Origin: a virus
Taxonomy: Duplodnaviria; Caudoviricetes
Strand: one strand, 5' to 3'
DNA length: 64,000 nt
Virus record (IMG/VR): IMGVR_UViG_3300028888_000049
Part shown: positions 1 through 8,862 of the stretch, in pieces
Layout of the letters: each line of letters begins with the position of its first letter
Numbering within the stretch: position 1 is the first letter of the stretch
Program-made: the position numbers and the translations under genes
Notes under the pieces: generated by a model
Databases searched by the model: none
The model's input: only the letters and a program-made list of their open reading frames with translations
What the model was told of the DNA's origin: nothing

Positions 1-501
1 ATATCCCTTTGTACCGTATGCGCCGCCCAGCGTACCTCCTTTACCTCCAGCTGTTTGAGTTCCTCCTGAACCACCATGAGCTTCACCCTTACCGCTACCA
101 TTACCTCCAGTTAAACCACCACCATCACCACCTGCACATTGGTTTGAACTAGATCCGCCACCGCCAGCAACTACAAGTCTTGAGTTAAGTGATGTTGTAT
201 CTGTTATTCCCGCATTATTCGTACGAATATCAGCAGCATTATAAGCTGCTGCAGATGAGGTAGGAATTTCACCAATCATAAAATATAATGTACTCCCAGG
301 TGTTACTTGAAGATCACATTCTACACGTCCTCCTTTGCCAGGAGCTTTACCTGTATTATATCCAGCACTTGCTACACAATCTACATGTATACTAGTTACA
401 CCAGCTGGAACAGTAAATGTTTGAAGACTTGAATTGGACGAAAAAGTTTTAGTTTGTTGTGTTGCAAAATTATAAATTAGACTGGAACCTTTATAGATAG
501 T
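1..501 (-). pseudogene. Glycine-rich adhesin/tail-tip-like ORF; no start codon at its homologous 5' end; runs off the window start
   Basis: Manual translation: TIYKGSSLIYNFATQQTKTFSSNSSLQTFTVPAGVTSIHVDCVAS...RLVVAGGGG...GGDGGGLTGG. An in-frame TAA at 502-504 lies immediately upstream and the first in-frame ATG is at 279. IYKGSSLIY matches IYKGSTLIY of 7719..8192. Confidence 0.65.
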
Positions 502-578
502 TTAACTTTCTTATAGTAGCAAAAATAAAGTTCTATATAGATATAATCTTAAACACATTTTTTAAAGAGAATAAATTC

Positions 579-1244
579 ATGTCTTATACAACAGATCAAA
601 TCATTATACCATCATTAATAAATAATTCTTTATATGTAACATTATATCCAGGTACTTATTACTTATTTATAAAAGGATCAGGAAAAGCAGAAAAAACATT
701 ATACAGAAATAATGGTACTGGTAAAGCATGGAAAGCAACAGCTATAAAAGGTAAAGGTTGGTCTGGTACATTTAAAATAACAAAAGAAACTACAGGACAT
801 TTTTATTCAGGTGATGTTAATGATATAAGTTATTTTGATATATTAGTTAAACCAACAGTAAGCACTGATTTTTCTCAATTAGAAAATGTATTATCACAAA
901 TAACAAATGAAAAATTAAAACAAATAGCAGAAGATCAAGGTGAATATTCAACAGTAGAATCACCATCCTTAGAATATATATCAGAACAATTAAGTATGAC
1001 ACAAGAACAAACACAATCTCTATTATCTGATTATACATATGCACAAGGAAAATATACTCGTCTAATATTAGCAGGAAGAGATATGTATAACTACTTTACA
1101 AATAATAAACAACCTGTTAATATAAGCAAAGATTGGGCTAATAATTTACTTTACACAAACTATACTGGAACTAATACTATGTCAGATTTACCTTCAGATA
1201 TACCAGAAGATACAGGCTTTATATATTTAAAATATAAAGGATAG
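579..1244 (+). CDS. hypothetical protein (possibly virion-associated)
   Basis: 221-aa ORF with the GTTCTA motif at 530-535. Confidence 0.75.
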   Translation: MSYTTDQIIIPSLINNSLYVTLYPGTYYLFIKGSGKAEKTLYRNNGTGKAWKATAIKGKGWSGTFKITKETTGHFYSGDVNDISYFDILVKPTVSTDFSQLENVLSQITNEKLKQIAEDQGEYSTVESPSLEYISEQLSMTQEQTQSLLSDYTYAQGKYTRLILAGRDMYNYFTNNKQPVNISKDWANNLLYTNYTGTNTMSDLPSDIPEDTGFIYLKYKG

Positions 1245-1250
1245 TAACTC

Positions 1251-2114
1251 GTGAAAAAATGGACAGAAGAAATAGAACAATTATTAAAAAATTGCTTAAA
1301 TGAAGGATTTTCAATAAATATATTTGAATCATGTAAATATTACAAAAACGGTATAAATAACTTATTAGAATCACTAACAGATGAAGACTTTGATAAACTT
1401 TTAACAGAAGTAAACTTAGATCTAGATGAATATATTTTACATAAAGCTAAAGATTATTATAATGCAATAACTAAATTTACACCTACTCTACTAAATACAA
1501 AACCAAAACAGTATATATTAGATAGCAAGTTAAATTTAAAACTATTATATGAAGTGAATGAAATTAATAAAATAGGTAAAAAGAATTTAGCAAAATATGA
1601 TCCTCTTTCAAATTCTATTACTTTATTTATTCTAAACGATAAAGGTCTTGTTGATTATATGTCATTAGCTTTACTTTCTGATAAAATGTTCTATGATGCT
1701 ATTGTACATGAATTTACACATAATGTAGATTTTGAAAATATACTAACAAATCATATAGATGCACTTTTTGGTAATAATTTAAGAAACAATAAAGAACCAG
1801 AAAATGGTGTTATGGAAGTAAATGCTTTTTCTACTCAATTAATAAGTGCTTTAGATAAATATGTATATATCAACTTTAATAAAAAAATTGCTTCAATTGG
1901 TAAAAATGCAACAATAGAACAACTACATTCAATAATAAAACAAACACTACAAGAATTTGTGAATAATGAATACAATAGTAATAATGTTATTATCGCACTT
2001 TCTATTTTCAAAAAACTATCAAGAAAAAATAAAAGAAAAGTAATTAAACATGTATATATGTATTTTACAGAACAGTTTTTAAAATCATATCCATTCTTTA
2101 AACCAGACCTATAA
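1251..2114 (+). CDS. HExxH zincin-like metallopeptidase-domain protein
   Basis: AIVHEFTH motif plus downstream EVNAF; paralogue of the next ORF. Confidence 0.6.
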   Translation: MKKWTEEIEQLLKNCLNEGFSINIFESCKYYKNGINNLLESLTDEDFDKLLTEVNLDLDEYILHKAKDYYNAITKFTPTLLNTKPKQYILDSKLNLKLLYEVNEINKIGKKNLAKYDPLSNSITLFILNDKGLVDYMSLALLSDKMFYDAIVHEFTHNVDFENILTNHIDALFGNNLRNNKEPENGVMEVNAFSTQLISALDKYVYINFNKKIASIGKNATIEQLHSIIKQTLQEFVNNEYNSNNVIIALSIFKKLSRKNKRKVIKHVYMYFTEQFLKSYPFFKPDL

Positions 2115-2134
2115 AAAAAAGAAAGGATAAACTT

Positions 2135-2986
2135 ATGATTTTATTTAATCTAATCGAATCTTGTTTATTTATAGAAAATTACAAGATAGCAGAACAAAAG
2201 TATCTTGATAAAATATTAATAGAAGATATTAACAAAATACTACATGAAGCAGATATATTACAAGACAAAATCTATATAGATATAGCTAAAGATATTGTAG
2301 AAGATATTAAAACACAATATATGAACTATATTAATAACAAACCATCTAGATTAGTGAAAGAAGATACATTTACATATACATTAACTCCAAAAAATAATAA
2401 ATATCCAACAATAAGATTAAACTATCATGTACTAATGCTAGGATCTGAAATGATAACTTATATACCATCTCAAGATACTATAGAACTTAATATAATGGAT
2501 TTAGATCAAAACACAAACCTAATCTTCAGTGATATAGCATTACAATTCTTCAAAACAAATAAAATACAAGAAGCAATAGTACATGAATTAACACATAGAG
2601 AAGATCTATATAAAAGATCTACAAATAATACTAACTACGTTAAAACAAAAACACCACAAACAAATAACAACTTCATAAATTACACTAATGATCCTTTAGA
2701 AGTTTCAGCTTTTACAAAACAACTTATCACAAATATAGAAAATTATCTAAAAGATGCATACAATATACGTCTATACTCACAAGGACCAAAAATAAATCCT
2801 CAAGAAATATTTAACACAATAAACGAATATATAAATACACTACTAAATAATAAATCTCTAGGTAATTCTAATATATCAGTCTTTTTAAATGCTCTATCAC
2901 CTAAAAACAAAAAGAAAGTCTATAAAGAACTATTCAAATATTTTAGCCAAATCTTTATTAATCAATATCCAATCATAAATGCATAA
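2135..2986 (+). CDS. HExxH zincin-like metallopeptidase-domain protein
   Basis: AIVHELTH motif plus EVSAF; paralogue of 1251..2114. Confidence 0.6.
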   Translation: MILFNLIESCLFIENYKIAEQKYLDKILIEDINKILHEADILQDKIYIDIAKDIVEDIKTQYMNYINNKPSRLVKEDTFTYTLTPKNNKYPTIRLNYHVLMLGSEMITYIPSQDTIELNIMDLDQNTNLIFSDIALQFFKTNKIQEAIVHELTHREDLYKRSTNNTNYVKTKTPQTNNNFINYTNDPLEVSAFTKQLITNIENYLKDAYNIRLYSQGPKINPQEIFNTINEYINTLLNNKSLGNSNISVFLNALSPKNKKKVYKELFKYFSQIFINQYPIINA

Positions 2987-3066
2987 AAAAGAAATGAGAC
3001 TACAGTAATTAAACCATAATCTCATCTCTCTTATCTCACTCTAAAACGCGAGCTTCCCAAGACTTA

Positions 3067-4125
3067 TTAATTGAAGAATCTCTTACTAAATCTCTTTTCT
3101 TCTTTCGTTTCAGCAATGAAGTTATCTGCGTCCACAGATTCCTTCATACATCCGCAATAAACTCCGTATTTGGAATCGAACGGACGAACACACTCATGAA
3201 CTGCCGGCATTTTGAAAGACTCAACAATCATACGAATCTTATCTTCAGCCAAACCAGCCTCTTCAAGAGTTTTAGTCATTTCTAAGTAATCTGCACCTGT
3301 TTTTTTAGACTCTTCATATTTACCAAGACATGCTTCAACAACATCATCCATATCATCGAATTCCATATCTGTCATAACAGGTTCAGCTTCTGTAGAAAAT
3401 GCATCCATAGATTCAGCATCTTCAAACTCATTCTCTACAAATAATGTACCACGGTTAGTAGCTTTATCGAATTTACCAATGAATTTAGCAGATTCATTCA
3501 AAGCTAACTCAGTCTCACCAGGTTGTAATGAACCCTTACGAGCAGAAACAGCTTCACAGAATGCTTTATAATCTTCAAAAGATTCCATAACAACTTTCTG
3601 ACATTTAATACGAGACATAGTTAAAGGCTCAGCTTCATCAGCAATCAAAACAGACTCACAAGCTACAGTCTTAGCAGGATTAATTCTGTTTTCAGCAATT
3701 TTACCAAGCTTACTGTCTACTGATTCTTCAGCAGGTTCAACTTCAGCAACTTCAACATCATCATTACCTTCTTCATTAGAAGATAAGTCTTCAATAGTAT
3801 CTTCGATATTTCCAGAATCCAAAACCGAATCTAAAGCCGGTTTCTGAATGAAATTTACATCTGCCAACTCATCTGCAGATGCAACTACGTCAGAAACTCT
3901 CTTAGCGATTTCAGGATCAGAGATAACGACGACAGCTGCTGATCCAGTGTTTACACCAAGGTCACCATCTGGAGTCGCACCCATCTCAATCTCATCACCA
4001 ACTTCTAATTCTGTGTCGCCATCCTCTGCTTCTAAAATCATTTTACGAGTTACAATATATTTATTTTTGCTTTCTAATAAACGTTGAAAAGCGTTTCTAG
4101 CAGCTAATCTTTTCAAATATTTCAT
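3067..4125 (-). CDS. acidic protein, probable head/internal virion protein
   Basis: 352 aa with many hydrophobic-X-E motifs (LLES, ILEA, LNES); GTTCTA motif upstream on the minus strand (4218-4223). Confidence 0.6.
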   Translation of the reverse strand: MKYLKRLAARNAFQRLLESKNKYIVTRKMILEAEDGDTELEVGDEIEMGATPDGDLGVNTGSAAVVVISDPEIAKRVSDVVASADELADVNFIQKPALDSVLDSGNIEDTIEDLSSNEEGNDDVEVAEVEPAEESVDSKLGKIAENRINPAKTVACESVLIADEAEPLTMSRIKCQKVVMESFEDYKAFCEAVSARKGSLQPGETELALNESAKFIGKFDKATNRGTLFVENEFEDAESMDAFSTEAEPVMTDMEFDDMDDVVEACLGKYEESKKTGADYLEMTKTLEEAGLAEDKIRMIVESFKMPAVHECVRPFDSKYGVYCGCMKESVDADNFIAETKEEKRFSKRFFN

Positions 4126-4222
4126 TTATAATCACCTTTAAATAGAAAATAAAAAAATTTTTAACAAATATAAACTAGATAAATTTTAATAAGGTAAACT
4201 AGAAAATATTTACTTTATAGAA

Positions 4223-4303
4223 CTATTTATTTTTAGGAAGACTATCATACCATAACATAAATTCTTCCATTGTAAAGAATTCAATCCAATTTAAGTTATT
4301 TTT
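4223..4303 (-). pseudogene. C-terminal remnant of a PD-(D/E)xK-type homing endonuclease
   Basis: Translates KNNLNWIEFFTMEEFMLWYDSLPKNK*, matching the C-termini of 4445..5308 (NNLNYIEWYTIKEFKVWF) and 32981..33838 (KNNITLLEFFTMREFNEWY); no start codon. Confidence 0.7.
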
Positions 4304-4357
4304 CTAGTTCTAATAATTATCCTTTTAAAGTTTTCTAAGGGGATAATTATGCAAATT

Positions 4358-4394
4358 GGAGATTTATAGAATATTCTGTAAGTCTCCTTTTTTT
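4358..4394 (+). terminator. intrinsic terminator-like hairpin
   Basis: GGAGATTTATAGAA/TTCTGTAAGTCTCC stem followed by a T-run. Confidence 0.55.
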
Positions 4395-4444
4395 AGTTCT
4401 AATATATTGCATAATTATTAAAAACAAATATAGGAAACTTTAAT

Positions 4445-5308
4445 ATGATTATAAAAATTACACAAGAAGAATTTGACGAATTATATCTCAAACAGCACTT
4501 ATCAACTCGTGAAATTGCTAAAATTTACAAAGTAAGTATTGCAACATTTTTAAGACATCTTAAGCGTAATAATGTAGAATATATTATAAAGTCAGGTAAT
4601 ACTTCAAATTATAAACGTTGTTGTAAAGAATGTGGAAAAGAATTTATATCACATAGTCCTAGTAGTATGTTTTGTTCTGATATATGTAGTAAGCATTATT
4701 GTAAAAAACATGGTCCAATTCGCAAATTAAAACCTAGAAGAACAAACAATTGTAATCCTTGGAATAAAGGTAAAAAATGCCCTGAATTAGCAGGTAAGAA
4801 TAATCCATTTTATGGTAAAACACATTCTAAAGAAACTTGTGAATTAATATCTAAAAAAGTAAAAGAAAGTCGTAAAAATAGAGATTATACTATAAAGAGC
4901 AAAGAAGAAGTTTATATAGGTATAATGTTATATACTAAATTTCCAAATGTACAAACACAATATATGTCAAAAGAATATCCAAATTTTTGTGATTTTTATA
5001 TTCCAACATACGATTTATATATTGAATATAAAGGATTTTGGACGCATGGTATTCAAGGAGCCAAAATATTTGGTAATTTTGATTCAAACAATCCAGAACA
5101 TTTACAATTATTAGCAAAATGGCAAGAAAAAGCAGTAAATGATAACTTTTATAAAAATGCTATAGATACTTGGACGGTTAAAGATCCGGAAAAGATCAAA
5201 AATGTTAAAAGTAATAACTTAAATTATATAGAATGGTATACTATAAAAGAATTTAAAGTATGGTTTAATGATCAAGACGGTTTAAAACTATTACCATATT
5301 ATAATTAA
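4445..5308 (+). CDS. putative homing endonuclease (HTH + Zn-finger + NUMOD3 + DUF559/Vsr-like nuclease)
   Basis: NUMOD3-like GKNNPFYGKTHSKET; CxxC pairs; nuclease motif CDFYIPTYDLYIEYKGFWTHG. Confidence 0.75.
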   Translation: MIIKITQEEFDELYLKQHLSTREIAKIYKVSIATFLRHLKRNNVEYIIKSGNTSNYKRCCKECGKEFISHSPSSMFCSDICSKHYCKKHGPIRKLKPRRTNNCNPWNKGKKCPELAGKNNPFYGKTHSKETCELISKKVKESRKNRDYTIKSKEEVYIGIMLYTKFPNVQTQYMSKEYPNFCDFYIPTYDLYIEYKGFWTHGIQGAKIFGNFDSNNPEHLQLLAKWQEKAVNDNFYKNAIDTWTVKDPEKIKNVKSNNLNYIEWYTIKEFKVWFNDQDGLKLLPYYN

Positions 5309-5483
5309 TACATATGCCCTGATATTTATGCATCATCTTTATGTAGTAGTTTAATAAGTCAACCTTATACAAAATTCCAATAATTTCAGAGTTCTAACAA
5401 ATAGTAAGTTTAAAATTAATTAAACTACTTTGTTAACAAAGATGAAAATGAATAAAAACTAAAATTAGATAGGATTAATCAAG

Positions 5484-7445
5484 ATGATGCATAAATTCCC
5501 GGGCGTCTATAGCCAAATTAATGATCAGTCTCAGATTCTGACAGATTACTACACGACTTCATTAGGATGTGTAGGTGAAAGTCAGTATGGTGTGATCGAT
5601 CAGCCGGTATTATATACAAGTGCAGCTGAATGGATCAATTTATTTGGTGCTGCTGATAGTAAGTATGGAATGGCTCCGTTCTTTTGTACTTCTATTTCTA
5701 CTGCTATTCCGAATAGTTATTTTGTACGTGTAGTTAATAAAGGTAATCCTGAAGATGAAGATCGTTCTAATAATGCTAAGTGGGGTTCATCTGCTTGTAT
5801 GGTTAGAGGATATACAGGAGAAGCTTTAGAGAGTGCTGGATATTACTACGAAGAGATCAAATCTTTTGAAGAAGCAAGAGATAATGGTATTGATAGTGGT
5901 TTATTCTCACCTACAGATTTAAATACTGCTTTCGTTATCGCAGCTATTTCACCAGATAATCGTAAGTTATACTATACTGTTACTGATACTACTAATACTT
6001 CTTTAAATAGAGGATATGCAATTAGTAATATTACTGTAGTACCTTCTAATGAATCTGGAAGCGGTGAAGAAAGTACTTTAGTTAAATTAGTAACTTCTAA
6101 AGATATTATGGAAGATATCTATGATGGATGTTCTATTGTTGTTAAACGTATGTCTAATAGTGATATGAATGGTACATTTAAATTAACTAACTACGTAGAA
6201 AATGAAGATAATGTAGAATTAACATATATTATCAATAAAGAAATTAATAACGTAGTAGCTAACCATAATGAAAATGTAGCTATCTATCCTTCAGTAGAAA
6301 ATACAACATTTGCTTTAAGTATCTTTGAAAAAACAGGTAAAGTATACCAAGCGGTAGAAACATATAACGAATGTACCTTATTCAATCATAAAGATGGTTA
6401 TGGTAACTCTACTTACTTAGAAGACGTTATCAATGGTACATCTAACTATATCCAAGTATTCGTTAATGAAAACTTCGCTAAAAACGATATCTTAGAACAA
6501 CCTGAAGTATCAGAAAACTATATCCCATTAGAGGGAGGTTCTGCTGGTAAATTTACTAACCAAGAAGAAAAATTTGTAGCTATCGCAAACGCTTTCGAAG
6601 CCTACAGAGATAGAACTCAAGTTACAGTATCTCTCTTGTCTGACTGCGGTTACGTAACAAAATCAGATACAAGAGTACAACAAAAAATGCTCGAAATTGC
6701 TGAGGCTAGACGTGACTGCTTCTGCGTATTCTCTACTCCTACAACAGAAAATACAGTAGACAATATCATCGACTGGAGAAATAACATCCAAGCAATGGAT
6801 ACATACAGAGGTGCTCTCTACGGCTCTACAGTCAAAGCATACGACGCAATCAACGGCAAATCAAACTTCATGGTACCTTCATCACTCTATGCCCTAAAAA
6901 TTATGGGAGAGAATAACCAGTTTGTAGCCGCCGCTGGACTAAATCGCGGTGTGCTAGCTAGTTCAGTGGTGACTCCAATGGGCTTGAGTTTATATGTTAA
7001 TGAGGTACAAGGTGGTAGATTGTATACTGATAACCAAGTTAATATGACGATTAAGTCTCCTACTGGTGGTTATGTAATTTGGGGTCAACGTACATTACAG
7101 AAGCAAGCTAGTGCATTAGACAGAATTAATGTTGCTCGTACTATCATCTATATTGAGACAGTTATGAGAGATGCATTACGCTGGTTCTTATTTGAAGTTA
7201 ATGACTCTTATACAAGAACACAGATTGCATTACAGTTGTCTTCGTTCTTAGATACAGTAGTTGCTGCTAATGGTATTCAAAGTTACAATGTTAAATGTGA
7301 CAATGAAAACAATCCGCAGGCTGTAATTGCGAAAAATCAACTGAATGTTGACGTAACAGTAGTTCCATCGTATGTTATTGAAGCGATTGAGCTTTCAATG
7401 AACATATCGAATGGTATCGCAACTGTTACAGTTAACGGTCGATAA
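5484..7445 (+). CDS. contractile tail sheath protein
   Basis: N-terminal PGVY; C-terminal AAAGLNRG...WGQRTL...DRINVAR...FEVND...VKCDNENN typical of sheath proteins. Confidence 0.93.
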   Translation: MMHKFPGVYSQINDQSQILTDYYTTSLGCVGESQYGVIDQPVLYTSAAEWINLFGAADSKYGMAPFFCTSISTAIPNSYFVRVVNKGNPEDEDRSNNAKWGSSACMVRGYTGEALESAGYYYEEIKSFEEARDNGIDSGLFSPTDLNTAFVIAAISPDNRKLYYTVTDTTNTSLNRGYAISNITVVPSNESGSGEESTLVKLVTSKDIMEDIYDGCSIVVKRMSNSDMNGTFKLTNYVENEDNVELTYIINKEINNVVANHNENVAIYPSVENTTFALSIFEKTGKVYQAVETYNECTLFNHKDGYGNSTYLEDVINGTSNYIQVFVNENFAKNDILEQPEVSENYIPLEGGSAGKFTNQEEKFVAIANAFEAYRDRTQVTVSLLSDCGYVTKSDTRVQQKMLEIAEARRDCFCVFSTPTTENTVDNIIDWRNNIQAMDTYRGALYGSTVKAYDAINGKSNFMVPSSLYALKIMGENNQFVAAAGLNRGVLASSVVTPMGLSLYVNEVQGGRLYTDNQVNMTIKSPTGGYVIWGQRTLQKQASALDRINVARTIIYIETVMRDALRWFLFEVNDSYTRTQIALQLSSFLDTVVAANGIQSYNVKCDNENNPQAVIAKNQLNVDVTVVPSYVIEAIELSMNISNGIATVTVNGR

Positions 7446-7468
7446 TTGATTTTTAACATAATTTTTCA

Positions 7469-7504
7469 GAAAGTCCTCAATTAATTTTGGGGATTTTCTT
7501 TTTT
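7469..7504 (+). terminator. intrinsic terminator after sheath gene
   Basis: GAAAGTCCTCAA/TTGGGGATTTTC stem followed by a T-run. Confidence 0.7.
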
Positions 7505-7519
7505 ATACAGTTCTATATA
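7502..7519 (+). promoter_or_regulatory. GTTCTA-type (putative late) promoter; 18-bp identical copy at 8221-8238
   Basis: TTTATACAGTTCTATATA occurs upstream of both 7719 and 8292; the GTTCTA core recurs upstream of about 20 genes. Confidence 0.65.
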
Positions 7520-7524
7520 ATGTA

Positions 7525-7623
7525 GTAATAGCGATATATTTCGTTATCGTTTTATTTCTAATACTAATAAATTAAAGTAACGATTTCTTTTCAAATGAGT
7601 TTTTGTAAGTAATAGCGATATAT
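7525..7623. repeat. 16-bp direct repeat AGTAATAGCGATATAT (about 7525 and 7608)
   Basis: Seen directly in the leader of 7719..8192. Confidence 0.7.
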
Positions 7624-7718
7624 AGCAGAAATACTCATAAATAATAACAATATATAGTATTTAGAAATATAGTATAAATTATTCCAAATAACGTTAGTTT
7701 TAAGGAATAATTATAGCT

Positions 7719-8192
7719 ATGTCATTATATAAAGGAAATACAGAAATAGGAGCAATATATCATGGAAGTACTGAAATAAGTAAAATATATAAAGGCAGTA
7801 CTCTAATATATGAAAAAGTAAGTAAACCTTTATACTATTGTTATAAATATAATCAAGTTTATTATAACAATACATATGTTTTAACAATATATAAATCACC
7901 TGATAATAATACACTTTATATGAACAGTAATGCAACAACTACTAAAGATGTAAAAAGCAATGTAATAACATATCGAACATACACAACAAATTCTAATTCA
8001 TTAACTCAATTAACTGCTAAAACAAAGTTTTTTACAGTAAAGAATTATAGAGGTAGTATTGTAATGAGTTTGATTTTTCATAAGTCTAAAACAATTACTG
8101 ATTCTAATTGTGTACTTTCATTTTATGACGAAAATGATGAGCTTGTTGATATTACTCTTAATAGAGATAGTAACAATGATTTATATTCATAA
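7719..8192 (+). CDS. tail-fibre partner/tip protein with (I/L)YxG N-terminal repeats
   Basis: MSLYKGNTEIGAIYHGSTEISKIYKGSTLIY, an N-terminus type found next to tail-fibre genes. Confidence 0.55.
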   Translation: MSLYKGNTEIGAIYHGSTEISKIYKGSTLIYEKVSKPLYYCYKYNQVYYNNTYVLTIYKSPDNNTLYMNSNATTTKDVKSNVITYRTYTTNSNSLTQLTAKTKFFTVKNYRGSIVMSLIFHKSKTITDSNCVLSFYDENDELVDITLNRDSNNDLYS

Positions 8193-8291
8193 ATAAAAAT
8201 ATTTTGTCATTTATTATTTGTTTATACAGTTCTATATAGAGTATAATTTTTTAATGATAACGTTATTTTTTAAAAATTGTAGAGGTAATAA

Positions 8292-8720
8292 ATGTCAGAT
8301 AATACTGAAGATACTTGGGTATTTAATTATGGAGATAAGATTGAGTATTTAGATTGTACTCGTGATCTTCATTTTGAAGCTGCAAGACGCTGGGCAATGG
8401 ATCACGGTGTTAGTTTCGAAGAAGATGAAAGCTTACGTACTCATAAAATAGTACAAGAAGAATATACTGAAATGGAAACTAAAACTAAAAAAGTAATTGT
8501 ACCAGCCGTTACTCATGAAGAAGAAGTTGAAGAAACAGATGAAGAAGGTAATGTTGTTAAAAAGACCATTACAGTAGTTGATTCTGAAGAACATGAAGAA
8601 GAACAGATGAGTGAAGAAGAAGTTACTAAAACTCGTGATGTTGATCAATTATGGCGTTATTGGTTTATTGGTACATTACCAGAACCTGCAAATGAAGATG
8701 AAGAAGAATCAGGTAATTAG
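8292..8720 (+). CDS. acidic protein, possible tail-fibre accessory
   Basis: 142 aa, Glu-rich; RBS GAGG; C-terminus resembles that of the 16887..17159 remnant. Confidence 0.6.
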   Translation: MSDNTEDTWVFNYGDKIEYLDCTRDLHFEAARRWAMDHGVSFEEDESLRTHKIVQEEYTEMETKTKKVIVPAVTHEEEVEETDEEGNVVKKTITVVDSEEHEEEQMSEEEVTKTRDVDQLWRYWFIGTLPEPANEDEEESGN

Positions 8721-8750
8721 CTTTTAATATTTTTTCAATTACTCCTAGGA

Positions 8751-8783
8751 AAGACTTAACTTTAGATAGTTAGGTCTTTTTTA
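8751..8783 (+). terminator. intrinsic terminator directly upstream of site A
   Basis: AAGACTTAAC/GTTAGGTCTT stem followed by Ts. Confidence 0.65.
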
Positions 8784-8798
8784 TTATATTATTTAGGT

Positions 8799-8842
8799 CT
8801 ACTTTGTGTCGTTTATATGAATCTATAATATACCTAAACTAG
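8799..8842 (+). other. putative serine-invertase recombination site A (AA core 8820-8821)
   Basis: CTActttgtgtcgtTTATAtg-AA-tcTATAAtatacctaaacTAG; 8820-8844 is a perfect inverted repeat of 20379-20403. Confidence 0.7.
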
Positions 8843-8862
8843 AGCGTAGGAAATAGACACAA

